Positions 48,998 through 61,890 of a DNA stretch of 64,000 nt are shown here, piece by piece. The translations under genes and the position numbers were made by a program. Position 1 is the stretch's first letter; each line of letters starts with the position of its first letter. This DNA comes from Camelus dromedarius (taxonomy: Eukaryota), in NCBI RefSeq assembly GCF_036321535.1, contig NC_087438.1:4156001-4220000 (forward strand), given 5' to 3'. The notes below the pieces were generated by a model that made no database searches, was not told where the DNA came from, and saw only the letters and a program-made list of their open reading frames with translations.

Positions 48998-50069
48998 GCT
49001 TGATATCTCAGGTTTGTAAATTTTATAAACCTTTCTTTTTTATCTACTCTCTGTGAACCACAAAAAAAGATAAGGACTATTAAAGTTCAAATGAAAAATG
49101 TCCTAGATATGGATAAAAATCATAATTGTGTGTCAAAGTGAATGATCTATATTATTTTAAATAATTTAAATATCTATAGGTAAAACATAAAGATTGGAGT
49201 GGTTGTTTGTTTAAGAAATTATTTTAAAAGAAATAAATACATCCAAAATATTATTTATTTGGACGAATTCCTTTGAAAGTAGATTGGCTTCAGATGACAT
49301 TATTTAATTTCACAGGAATGAGACTGAAGAGGTGCAAATAAATCTATTCTGTTTATTTCATTTTTGATATTCATTTGAGAATGAAATAAGGCTCTTATTA
49401 ACAAAAAACAATCTAAGTCCACAAGCCAGAGGTAGAGCTCGATAACACGATTTTTAAAAAGCTACTAACTAGTAGCAGACCTGACAAATATGTGGAGATT
49501 GCATGATCATCATTTCCAGTCTTTCAAAGAGGATTCCCACTCTTGGATGAACCATCACCTCTATCTATCGTGAGCTTTATGGATTTTGTGACACTCCAGT
49601 CTCTCCCTAACAGAGCAGACAGCATCATCCAGTGAGGAGATGAGGCCACCAGACAAACTGTAGCCCAGCATCTCCTTCTCTTAAGGACCCCTTCTCTCAT
49701 CCACACTTTGTTCCAGAACCTGGGCTTTGCTCAATCCAAAAGGGACAGCTCTGCTGTCACCTGACTGTCAGGAAGAGACCTGCCTGGTCTCTGAGGGCCC
49801 TGCAGCAAGCCCGCTCTCCCCGCACTCTTCTCAGGGCTCCTCGCGCATTCCCAGCAGGTCTGTGCCCCGAGGCTCTTCTCCCCTGAGCTGAAATGCTTTC
49901 TCCCACCAGTCTGGGTCCTTGTCTTCTGCTGTTTCCTAGACCCCCCCCCCGCCCTTATGTGTAGATGTGTCTACCTGTCTCCCCAACTCAAATCTAAATT
50001 CCCATCTCCAGAGCCTGGAGCAGGGCTTGGCACGTGGGAGCAGCACAGCAGACACCTGTTGTGGGGCAG

Positions 50070-51560
50070 GTCGGTGTGGACAGGAGGGAGGGGTCTGGGT
50101 GCGGTGAGCAGGTGGGCGAGGGTTGTGGCAGGGCCGGCTTGTTTCAGGTCTTGAAGACAGTGATAATGAGTTTGGATTTTACACTGGAGGTGACGAGAAG
50201 GCACTGGAGACCCTGAGCAGGGGAATAACTAGGATGGTTATATTCAAAAAGATCGCTCTGGCTGCTGTAAAAAGGCACCACGGGGAGTACAGGTGGAAGC
50301 AGGCGGAGAAGCTGGGAGGGAGCCACGGCGAGCAGCTGAAAGACGCCGGGGAGTCGTGTGGGAGTAGACGTGGGTGGGAGGGGCAAGACAGGTTCAGACC
50401 CATGGATATTTCAATTCCATGGCCGGAAACCCTTGCTGATGGATTGAAGGTGGAGCGTGAGGGAGAAGAACCAGAAAGAACACCACGGTCTTGGGCTTGA
50501 GCTCTTGGCCACCCATGGAAGTGCCATCCACTGGGCAGGGAAGATGGAGGGAAGGACTGGCTTCAGGTGGGAGGTGAGAGGAGACTTTCCAACCATGTTC
50601 CATCAGAACGCATCTCAGACATGCAAACGGAGATGGCCAGTAGTCACAGTCAGGGGAGAATGGGACTGGGGAATAATCTGGGGAGTCACCCGCTCATGAT
50701 GGCGTTAAAGCAAAGGCGTGGGTAAGAACACATAAGGATGAGAACAGATGGAGAAAACCAAGGAGTGAGCTGTGTGGCTGAAAAGGAGGAGCAGAGACTG
50801 AAAGAAAGCACGGGGTGGGGGGCCCGACCCTCATCGTGCTAAGCAAATACCGTGTAAAATCATGTACATGAGGAATCTAAAAAATACAACACACTAGTGA
50901 GTATAACAAAAAGGAAACAGACTCACGGATACAAGAGAACAAACTAGTGGTTACCAGTGGGGAGAGGAAGAGGAGGATGCAGGGAAAGGCAAGACAGGGC
51001 AGTGTGTTAGGAGACACGGACCACTTTGTGTAAAATAACTAAGCTTCAAGGATGCGTTGCACAGCACAAGGAAACCAGTATTTTGCCGTTAACTGTAAGT
51101 GGAATATAGCCTTTCATTTAAAACTGAGAGTCACTGCGTTGTACACCTGTAACTTACATAATCTTGTGCAATTTTTAATTTTTTTTTAAAAAAATCCTCA
51201 TAAGTGAAAATTAAGGCTTTTGCTGTAGTGGGAAGCGAAGACAGACAGAGGAAAACGGCACACAGACTCTTGAGAGGTTTTATTTTACCTTTTGTTTTAC
51301 TTTAAGATGAGATAGAGCACAGTATGTCTTTCTTGGGAATGAACGAGAGCAGGAGGAGGATTGATGCAGAGAGAGGACACTTACAAGCACCTAACTTCAG
51401 CAGGTAGCAGCCCAACAAGCAGACTCGCGATGAAGGTGAGACAGGTGCTTAAGCCCACAGGCTGATGGGCACAAGGACACGGGCACCTGCTGGAAGGATG
51501 AATGGGTGAGAAGGAACGCGCAGGCGGCAGAGGAGAAGAACGAGCGAGCAGCACTATGAA
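50070..51560 (-). mobile_element. LINE-2 relic interrupted by an L1 3' fragment
   Basis: GAGTTTGGATTTTAC..GGCACTGGAG..AAAAGATCGCTCTGGCTGCTG..TTGCTGATGGATTGAAGGTGG..GGGAGTCACC. Purine-rich L2-like sequence resumes after 51200. Confidence 0.7.
50830..51195 (+). mobile_element. L1 3'UTR fragment (older cetartiodactyl/L1MA type)
   Basis: GGAATCTAAAAAATACAACACACTAGTGAGTATAACAAAAAGGAAACAGACTCAC..AAACTAGTGGTTACCAGTGGGGAGAGG..GTTGTACACCTGTAACTTACATAAT. Confidence 0.9.
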
Positions 51561-52769
51561 ACGTGCTGCACGGAAACGTCTACCGTTTTTCTCAGGAACA
51601 ACTGAGTGTTTGTCAGAAAGCATCCATCCTACACGCACAATTGTTCTCAAGGTGCAAAGCCAAGCGCCTGCTTCGCTGGACAAGCACCTCACATGATGAC
51701 CCGTGATCGTGCATCCGCTGGTTTCCGGCGCAGGACTCGGGCAGCAGGAAGAGGCCGGGGGTGAGCCCGCTCGGGTGGGCGGCTCTAACGTCCCTTCTCT
51801 GTTAGGGCGTCCAGGAGAGCTCCTGGTTGGGGTGCAGAACGACTGACACCTGTACAAACTACGTGTTTATCTGTTGTTTTCAGTTTTTATGTTTCAGGAA
51901 GATACTGTCCCACAGCAGAGCAATGTAATTACGATCTCTCTTGTAATAAGTTTCTTTTTATCTTTATTTCTCCAGGAACGTGTGTGCTCCTGCTTCTGCC
52001 GAGGTAAGATGCTCCATGAGAAACCCTGGGTGTGAAAATGGCTCATCCCCTCCCAAGCTCCGGCCCCCACATGAGTCATTCCTTTCTCTTGACTCGGTTT
52101 CTCTACACGAAGTGCAATAGCACCTGCTTCCTAAAGTTGTCATTTAGATTAAGTGAGACGACGCGTAAGAAAACACCTGATGGGGTGTAAAACACACCTC
52201 GGAGTTTCTTAAAAGAACTGTCAGTGCCTGAACGGGCCGGCACAGCGTGCGCTGCTCTTACCAGCCACTCCGGAATTGTTTCCAAAGTCACCTGCGCTGC
52301 AGTTAAGTTTTGAAAGCAGTCCTTTTTCTCGTGCATGTCTTATAACCTCACGACGTTTAGACTCTCATGACCATCACACCTTCCCTATCGTCCACCTCAT
52401 GTTTCAGTATTGTGCATCTGGATGACATGTGCGCTCCCCAAGAAATTAGCCAGAAAGTTGAATTTCCTTGTTTTAGGTTTTTCAATTAAACAACTTGCTT
52501 GGTATCAGGCTTTAGGTCTTAAAATCCTTAAAAAAAAAAAAAAAAGTGCCAAGAAGGAATGTAAATTTTAGACAGTGCTATTTGTTTTGTTTTGGTGACA
52601 CTGACCTGTTCACCCAGAAGGAGCTCTGAACCCATGGAAGAGCTCACTGTCCACCACGGGCAGGATGTGGGGCCAGAAGTCTGCTCCTGTGCCTGGAACC
52701 TGGGAAAGGGGTGTGGGAAACAGCACGGGAAACCCCAATCATGGAACTGGACTCCCCGTTCTTCCATTT

Positions 52770-53170
52770 GCTCGGTTCTGTCCGGTTCCAACATGAAACA
52801 GACGGCACATCGGAAATTGGGGCACTTGAGCAGGACTTCGTTACCCAGAGATTATTTACAAAGGTTGGGTAGAGGAGAACCACAAGCCGGGGCTCCGTCA
52901 ACCAGGGCTTGTAGCGGAAGAGCTGTTGCCAAGCAGGGGCCTGAAGAGAGGAGGGAGGGAGCAGGGACCAGACTGCAGGAGGGGCGTGCTGCAGACTGGC
53001 CACCTCGAGAGAAGCCAGCCGCAAGGGATTTCCCAGAGGGGACTCCGGGAGGACATTTTCCTCTCCCGTCAAGTCTCCCTACTGGGCCAACTCCCGCGGA
53101 AGCCAAGGGCAGAGAGGGGAGGCAGAGGAGCCGACGGAGGAGACCCAGCGCGCCCCCTGGGAGAAGTGAA
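52770..53170 (-). mobile_element. LTR33-like (ERVL) LTR relic
   Basis: GAAACAGACGGCACA..AAATTGGG..ATTATTTACAAAGGT..AACCACAAG..GAGCTGTTGCCA..GGCCTGAAG..GGAGGGAGC. Confidence 0.75.
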
Positions 53171-53479
53171 CCCTTCAGAGCCTGCTCCTCAGCTGTGGAG
53201 TACGAATGGTGGCGGTGCCTCCTTCACGGGGCTAAAATCAAGTTATATGTATAAAGCCCTTTAGACACAGACCTTAGCACAAAAATAAAAATCATTAAAT
53301 ATGTGCTGTTGGTGCTGTCGCCATCCTCCTCCTCCAAAGAAGGAAAACAACGCCACTGACGCAAAGTTGAAGGACGAGACGTGAAAAGCCGGGCGATGGG
53401 GCAGGGAACCAGAGAGTGAGCGTGCGAGCTGCTGCCTGACCACGCCGCCCCTTCTCCGCGTCTTCTGCCTCTAGACTTC

Positions 53480-53800
53480 TTAAAGGAAGCAACAGCACGA
53501 TGAATCCTCAAGGAACTAAAGCAAAGAAGTGGGGACGTGGAGGTAAAAGCTGGCAGGCAGAGGGAGTGGTACGTTAAAAACCCAGAGTAGGAGAACCCAC
53601 AGGGGTTTCTGGCTGCAAGCACTTCCAGATGGTTGCAAAGGTGACAGAGGCTGATGGAAGGTGAGGCTAGCAAGAAAGACAGGGGTGAGGCTGGGAGATG
53701 CCCTGGATGGAGCGCATAGGCTTGGTGTTTTGTCATGCAGGTAATGAAAATCCATGGCATTGTTTTAAGCAGGACTGTGACTTGAGGGCCCTTATCTTTA
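53480..53800 (-). mobile_element. LINE-2 relic
   Basis: GAGGCTGGGAGATG..GGTAATGAAAATCCATGGCATTGTTTTAAGCAGG..TGACTTGA. Confidence 0.6.
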
Positions 53801-53802
53801 AC

Positions 53803-54010
53803 AAAAATTAATCAGCAATATTAGGAATGAAAAAGCTGACGTCACTATACATCCCACAGCCACAAAAACAGAACAAGGGAAACAACAGACGGTCTTGGGC
53901 TCATTCATTCAACAACGTAGAAGAAATGAACCAATTCCTTGAAACCACAGATTACTAAACCTCAGGCAAGATGAAATCATAAGCTAAAATGCTCTGTAAC
54001 CACTGAACAC
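53803..54010 (+). mobile_element. Old L1M ORF2 fragment
   Basis: AGCAATATTAGGAATGAAAAAGCTGACGTCACTATACATCCCACAG..TTCAACAACGTAGAAGAAATGAACCAATTCCTTGAAA. Confidence 0.8.
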
Positions 54011-54639
54011 ATTTCAACTTCCACAGACTCCCAGGGCCTCCTCCTCCGCTGCAGTCACCTCGTGAGCAGGTGAAGGCACACCCACAGTTAATGGCCTTGA
54101 GTTGCATATTTCACATTTTACCTGCTCTCACACCCCATTGATGAGAATTAGTCATGTGGCCCCACTTAGATGCAAGACTTGGAAATACAGTCAGACTGTG
54201 GATCTAGAAAGAGGAGAGCACAGATGCTGGTGAGTAAGCACACGGGAGGGCAGTCGAGCTGTGAGGAATCCCTCGTCCCCACGTCTGGGAGCTGTTCAAC
54301 CCTGCTGCCACCACTGCCACCCTCATCCTCATTTGGTAACACTGACTGAGCATCATTATGTCCAGGTACCATTCTAAGCCTAAAGGACTAGTTCATTTTA
54401 AACCTACAGACACATTTTTAATTTCAGTTTCCAAATGAAGAAACTTAGACCCAGACAGACTGAGACACCTGCTGGGTCACATGGCCAGAAAGCAGTGCGG
54501 CTGGAAGATGAAGCTAGCCAGCGTCCCTACAATGTTGTCCTACAGAGTGACCTTTGGCTCTTCCAAGGGTTGCCTCTGAAAGTCTCAAAAATACACGTTT
54601 AACTCCATGTCCTCTTCACTGGCTAAAATCAGGAAATAT

Positions 54640-56165
54640 CACCTGTGTTAACTTAAGGATACGGAAAAAGAAAAGCTGGAAAGTATAAATAAACAAGAAG
54701 ATTACAAAAAACACATAGAAATATCATAGGAGAGAGCACAGAATCAAAAGCTGTAATATTAAAAGATTATATAGATAGACAACTAGCAGAACTGATCCAA
54801 TGGAAAAGTAAAATGTGCAAAAACAACGTAGGGAACAAAAAGGGTACATGATCACAGGTACAACAGGGATTTAAAATAATAACAACATAAGAATAGATCA
54901 ATAATTACGCAGTAATAAACTTGAAAACCTAGTTACACATAAAAAGTTGAGAACCCATTTTAAATACATTCATGGAAATATACAAAATGCCAAACTGGCA
55001 AGAGAATAACCTGCATAATTCATAAATAGTAAATAAATTGATGTCTTCTTTGTAAAAGCACAGCACAACAAAGCAAAATACATTTAATTTGCTTTGTAAG
55101 TGTGTTCTACCAAAATTTCAAGGAATAGTTAGTTCCTTCCTTAAATGAGTCATTTCAGAAAATGCAAAGCTTAAAATATGCAGTTCGCTTTATGAGGCTA
55201 CTATAATATTTATTCCAAAGCTAAGGAGACTAATATAAGTAATAAAATGTATAGCCTTATTCACTTTTGAATGTAGATATGATGATCCCTAAATAACATA
55301 GTGGCCGCCCAAATCCAACAATACATTAATGAACATGGAAATCATGAGCAGGGAGAACTGATGCTAAGAATGCAAGATGTTTCGCTATTTTAAAACCCAC
55401 GAATTTATAACATCAATAGACTAACAGAGAAAGAAATCACATGCATCTCTCAATTCATGCAAAAAATAATTTTAACTGGGTTTTGAAATTCATCAAATAA
55501 AAATATCTAATAAAAAGCAAGAATGGAAAGGCCCACAGCATTCCCGCTAAGATCAGGAGGGGAGCCCACTGTCACCGCTAGAGTTGAACATACTTGCTCG
55601 TAAGGAAGAAAAATAAACACAAGGCACGAGGATGAGAAAAGAAGAGACACAGCTGCCATTATTTCAAGGAGTCATGCTCATCACACAGAGAAGCCTGCGT
55701 CATTAACAGTCTACCAGAGTTAATAATGTTCAGGAAGGTTGCAAGACACAGGGTCAGTGTCTAAAAAATTATGTAATATGTCTCCAAAAATATAACTAGA
55801 ACCTAGATACCACTCATAAGCAACACATTTATAAAGTGCCTTAGGCGTCTACTAAGGCATTCAGAAAGATCTAGTCATAAAAACCGTGAGTTCACGGCAC
55901 AAAGGCAAAGAAGACCAACGAGAGACAGAGAACAGAGTTCAAACACAGACTCCTGTATGCGCAGGAACTTATGTGACAGTGATGGCCCCACCAGACATGG
56001 AGAAAGGTTGCTCAGTAGGATTGTTGGGAAACCTGGCTCCAGATTCCTGTTCCACATCGTCATGAACTAAAGACCTAAACGTCATAGGTAAAACCAGCAA
56101 GTTAGCAGAAGAAAGGTGGGAGATCCTCTTTGATCTAGAGATGGGGAATGGTGCTCGAACAAACT
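54640..56165 (+). mobile_element. Very old L1M ORF2 relic, heavily deleted
   Basis: A-rich, with TAATAAACTTGAAAACCTAG, TTCTACCAAAATTTCAAGGAA, TTTATGAGGCTA, AATCCAACAATACATTAA, GCATTCCCGCTAAGATCAGGA and AAAGACCTAAACGT in ORF2 order. Confidence 0.8.
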
Positions 56166-56304
56166 TCCAACATCCTCTGTCTTTTCTTCTATGTTGCGGA
56201 CAGTTCCCTTGATTCCACTCAGTCATCCTACTGGAATTTGTATTTAACCATCATATTTCAGAAGGCAATAGATCAAATGTAGACTGGGAAGCTACCTACT
56301 GTGG

Positions 56305-56500
56305 ACAGATTACATTCTCTGTGACTCAGTTTCCTCATCCTTGACAGTGAGGAGAGAAACTGTATCCACAGCAGAAGGTTGTCATGGGGACTAAATGAGG
56401 GTGGATGGAGAGATATTGAGAGAGAGACAGACACACAGTACGCTTGGAACAAAGTCTGGCACCTAGTGAGCTCTATGAAAATGTGAGCTGTTGTTATTTA
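56305..56500 (+). mobile_element. MIR SINE relic
   Basis: CTCTGTGACTCAGTTTCCTCATCC..GGTTGTCATGGGGACTAAATGAG..CTGGCACCTAGTGAGCTCTATGAAAATGTGAGCTGTT. Confidence 0.85.
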
Positions 56501-59500
56501 TCATTTGCCAATATTATTTTACACTCTAAAAGCTATTTACTTTTCTGGGTATTTCTATCACAAGGCTTTCATTTAATAGATACAGTGTTTCTAGTAAGAT
56601 TTGAAGGGGCTAATGAATGCCACCCTTTTTTCCTCATCCACAACCTAAGCCATCTAGGGAAAAACATTAAGAAAAATAATTAATATGAAAATAGTGCCTT
56701 TATGATTACAAAGCTGACATTGAAGCTGACATTCAGGCAGCTTGCCAAGGGAACTCAACCACATTCACGTAGTTAGCATCACTAGCAGGGATGGACCACA
56801 CAAAGCTTCCCTGGCAAGGACAGAACCTGTGCCCTGAAATTGGCCCATGACTGAGAAAAGAGAGGACGTCAGTGCAGATCAGAAAGAAGGTGGTGGGCCA
56901 CACCTGCTTCACAATGTCCCGAATTCATCAGCCTAAGGAGTTGGTTCTCTGTCCCTGGGTGGTTTAATGCAGCACAGGATTGCTTTTCACTAATTTTCAC
57001 AATGTCCACTGCAAGTGCAGACAACGCTCCTCTGTACAGAGGTTCAGGGATCCCCGTGGAGGAAGGCTCTCCCATCCTACAATCGCCTCGCCTGGACCAT
57101 GCAGCCACCACAGTGGACTTAGCAGAAGAGCACACTGGCTGCGGTTTACCAAAACTTCCCTTCACTTTCATGAGTCCACATCTGTTCAGCTTAGATGCAT
57201 GTTCTAGGGTTCAGACCAGTGACACAGCAAGTGCAGCTCATCCCCATGGAGAGAGATGAGAGCATCACAAGGGCACCATGGAAACGGCAGAGTCAAATTA
57301 AACACGAATCACAGGCTCACCGTGCACAGTGCACGCACAGACTCTCCCACCTCCACCAACCGTCTCACGGGGTTCAGCTGCGTTCTCACGGGACTTGAGC
57401 ATCGTTTGGCTTCACAGCCCCGTGGACCTGGTTCAGCAGGCACGTCGTGGGCTAGGGTCCTGGCCCCAGGGATACAGCCAGCAGGCCGTCTGCAGCTCTG
57501 GGCTTTGGGACTGCTGGGTCCACACTGTGCCATGCATTGATTCACACCTCACTGCAGCCAACTGTTGGGAATTGATGTTTTGGTATAAAGGCTTTTATGA
57601 CTGCCATTAGTATTTTATTTCTTGCCATAAAATGATAATTTGAGCAATGCAGAGGATACACTGTTAACAATTTAACATTTACTTTTAATAAATAAGAAGT
57701 ATTTTACAGGGAACTGTAGCCCATTATGGAAATCATAATTTGTTCTCGGTGCCAGGAAAATGTATTCTCAACTGCATTGCACCCTGTGCCCAGCTACAAA
57801 ACCCGAAACTTCCTTTGCATTATATATTCTCATTATGATAGATTAACAAATCTACTGTAAAAAGTCCTGTTGAACACAGCATGCACCATTTTAAATGAAG
57901 ACACCAAAATATGTCAGGCTTTCTTACAGGGATGGCAGAATTGAAATTGCCCCTCATTTATACAAGGCAACTGTAAATGCTGAAATACAGATTACTCATG
58001 CATTTAAAGTGGTCCTGCCTGGGTACCTCCCCTGCTAATTTATGCACTCTGCAGTCCCTGGTGCAGCAAGCCTCTCCTCTTCTTCTGAACTCCTCAGAAA
58101 ATAGCAGCATTTAAATCTTGAAATTAAATCGCATTTAAGCAACACCACGAATTCCGCACCTGTTAAGATTTTTTCCCGTGCACTTCTGACTTGCATTTAT
58201 GATAAATCTGCACCAATCTGTCATCTGTTCTGGAATTCAGACCTAGTAAGACATCAGACTTCAGTGGTACAAAGGCAGCAGCCTCATCCATCTCACAGTT
58301 AAAGCAGTAATAAAAAGACGTCACATGACGCAAGTACCAGTATTTCAACATATCTGAATTAGAGATAAGGATGAGTCAGCTGTTTATTTTGCTGGTTAAA
58401 AAAAAGAGCTTTTTTTCTTACATCCAAGTGGGAAGTGGTATTCGGATATGAGATGGTCATCAGTAGGGAAAACAAGTGAATTAAATGTTTAAGTGTATCC
58501 TGCCATCTGCAGAGAAATTCCCAGATCAAGTCACAAACACTATTAATAAAGGATCTAAAGCTGATGTGATTTTCTTCCCTTCCAGAGCACACTTGGAGAA
58601 ACGAGAGGAAAAAACATCGAAAACGATGAGTTCTCTAAAGGAAAATAGTTATTTCGTATTTCTTCACGGTTTAGAGATAATGGCGATAGAATGAGGGAAA
58701 ACGGGGGAAGTTTAACTTATTTAATTCACAAGGCAATACTCACACAGCCGTTCTGTACCTTGATATTACAGGGGAAATGCCATGTCGGCTGTTAAATTCC
58801 CTTAAAATGTGGAAGTGAGGACTAGGCGTTTTGTCCACTCTTGCTAACGTCTACGTGAGTTAAGTCAGCCCTTACACTACTTCCTACAAGGTTGAGGCTG
58901 AGAAATATTCCCCAGTGAGAGGCAAAGGGCAACAACAGAAAGAAAGAAGTAAGCCAGTCATGGAATTAGGGAGGGTCTGGCCAAGGGGAGGGGCAGCTGG
59001 GGGAGACTGGGGTCAGACTCCTCACTTCTTGGCTTAAGGATGACCTTGAATTTGGCCCTCCTCCTGTCCGTGTATCCACCACCACCCTCCCGTCTTGTCC
59101 ATGTTCACCAAAGCTGAGCTCTTCATCCACGTTTCAGTTAGGAAGGAGATCTGTTTCCCACACTAGCGAGAAATGGCTGAGGAGGCCTGGGAAAAGACCT
59201 CTTACCCTACCTCCGAAAGTCTGTGTGACTGGCATGTGATGGGGAGCGACGCTGTTCTGTGTGGCTATAAACGCAGGACAGCCATTGACAAGAGGAAATA
59301 TAGGGAAGGATGGTCCAAAGGACCATGAAGAAAGGGCTTCCTCGCACTCAGAGCTGCTGCAAATAAAGTGGGCTCCTGCGGGAGGGGTCGGGTTCTCTGG
59401 CTCCGGGCCGGTGACAGAGTTCCCGTACTTGGTGTGGTGTGAGTGCTGAGACCTAACATTCTAGGGGGGAGCTCTGTTTGTTGACAAGCACCGTGGGGGT

Positions 59501-60526
59501 TCTTAGGAATCCCAAGATGTCCTGGGTCAGACGTTGTTTTATGAAGTTGTTTGTATCACAAAATGCAGCAGGAACACCCGCTGGCAGTGCGCGGTGTCTC
59601 GGGTGAAGGAGAGAGAGCTTTGACTTCAACATCTGGCTGTGTCCCCAGCTGTATCATCACCGCACAGACATCTAATAGCTAAAGCAGGCCCTTCTGGGAG
59701 ACGGGCGGTGGAGTCGGGCAGGTGGCTCAGAGAGCACAGGGTGGCTGGGCTGTAATTTCCGGTGCTGGGTCCGAATGGAATAGAAACTCCAGGGAGGCAC
59801 GAAGATAACTCCAGCCTTGGAGCTGGCCAGGCGAGAACTGGGGTTCTCGTGTTATCTGTTCTCACTACAGATGAGGCCTGCGGAAAGCCACTCAGACTCT
59901 TTGAGCCTCCCTTCGTCACTTGCAAGCGGGAAGACGACACTTCCCCGTAGAGTTCCTATTAAACATCCCTGGCACACAGGAGGCACTCAGTAAACCACAG
60001 CCATTCTGATAAGGCGAACTGAGAACGCTGTGCACTGAATGTAATTGAAATCTTTGCAGAGAGAAGGCTTCCTAAGCATTTTCCAGGTGTCCCTTGGTTT
60101 AACATCAGCCTCAGGCCAGTCACAGGGGGAACCACCCACCACCCGCCGAGACAGAACTCCCCAGAGACGGTGTGGGAAACACCCTCCCCGCTCAGAGTCA
60201 GAAGGTTTCACAGTAATACTGTTTTCAAAATCCTGCTGACCAATAGAGCCCCGGAACACTGGAAACCTCTGTCCTGGCCCGGCCAGAGCGCTCAGCCAGC
60301 ATTCTAATTTTTCCAGCAGCCTCACAAGAAGATAAAATAAAGCCAGCTGCCCAGTTCAGTCCTCACCTGTGTCTACCTCCATCTTCATAATTAGTCAAAG
60401 CTTTGGTCAGCTCTACGCAAAGAGTCACAAATATACAGCTATGTGCCACTAAAGGGGATTATTCTCCAGTGATCCCGACACATCCGCTGTAACCTTGCGA
60501 CATTACATGCCTTTTCTCCTGTGTAT

Positions 60527-61560
60527 TTTTTCATTAATAAACTTTACTTTTTAAGAGCAGTTCCAGGATCATAGCAACATTGTGTGACAACTACAGGGAG
60601 TTCCCATACACCCCTGCCTCCACACATGCACAACCTCCCCCCCCAGCAACACCCCACGCCAGAGTGGTACTTGTCACAACGATGGCCCTACAATGACTCA
60701 TCGTTATCACCCAGCGTCCACGGTTCACTTTTGATGCTCTGCCTTCTATGGGTTCTGACAAATGTGTAATGACATGTATCCATTCTACTGTCACACAGAG
60801 CAGTTTCACAGCCCTTCATCCCTCTCCACTCCTAACACCCAGAAACCACTGATCTTTTTGCTGTCTCCATAGTTTTGCCTTTTCCAGAATGCCAAATAGT
60901 TGGAATCGTGTAGAATGTAGCCTTTTCAGGTGGGCTTCCTTCACTCAGTAATACGCATTTAAGGTTCCTCTGTGTCTTTCTATGGCTGGATAGTTGATTG
61001 TTTTTCACACTGAATAATATTCTGTTGTCTGAATATATACCACAGTTTTATTTACCTATTCACCTACTGAAAAATGTCTTGGTTGCTTCCAAATTCTGGC
61101 AATTATGAATAAAACTGCTATAAACATTTGTTTGAAGGTTTTTGTAAGAACATGTAACCTTTCAGCTTCTTTGGGCGGATACCAAGGGTCTCCGCTGCCA
61201 GAACATACGGTAAGAGCGTGTTTGGTAAGAAACTGCCCAGCCGTCCTTCAAAGTGGCTGTACCCTTGGCATTCCCGTCAACAGTAAGTGAGAGTTCCTGC
61301 TGCCCCACATCTTCACCAGCACTTGATGGTGTCAGCACCCTGGATTTGGGCCATTTTAGTAGCTGGGTCGTGGAACCTCAGTGCTGTTTCAGTTTACATG
61401 TGCCTGTTGACATATGACGTGGGGCACCTTCTCACATACTTACTAGCCATCTGTGTTTCTTTTTTTGTGAGGTATCTATTTAGGCCTTTTGCCAATTTTT
61501 TTTAATTGACATCAAGTTGATTTACAATGTTATGTTAGTTTCAAGTGTACAGCAAAGTGA

Positions 61561-61611
<51 letters not shown>

Positions 61612-61890
61612 TTTTTTAGATTCTTTTCCATTATGGGTTATTACAAGACATTGACTAGAGTTCTCTGTGCTAGGCAATAGATCCTTGTTGTTTATCTATG
61701 TTATATATAGTAGAATGTATCTGTTAATCCTCAAAATGGGCAGATTTGCCCACTTTTAACCAGGTTCCTCATTTCTTCACTGTTGAATTACGAGCTCTTT
61801 GGATAGTCCTTTACCTGATACGTCTTTTGCAAAGATTTTCTTCCAGGGTATGGCTTATCTTCCCCTTTTCATGAAAGTTTCTTTTGCAGA
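60527..61890 (-). mobile_element. L1MC1-like 3' fragment
   Basis: GAGTTCCCATACACCCC, CAGAGTGGTAC, TTATCACCCA, AACCACTGATCTTTTTGCTGTCTCCATAGTTTTGCCTTTTCCAGAATG, TATGAATAAAACTGCTATAAACATT. Confidence 0.9.
61496..61732 (-). mobile_element. Younger L1 3'UTR fragment nested in the L1MC, containing (TA)n at 61564-61609
   Basis: AGTTGATTTACAATGTTATGTTAGTTTCAAGTGTACAGCAAAGTGATTCA..ATTCTTTTCCATTATGGGTTATTACAAGA. Imperfect TSD TTTGCCAATTTT / TTTGCCCACTTTT. Confidence 0.9.

Noticed and set aside
52592..53254. 220-aa ORF
   Set aside because: Mostly lies within an LTR33-like relic.
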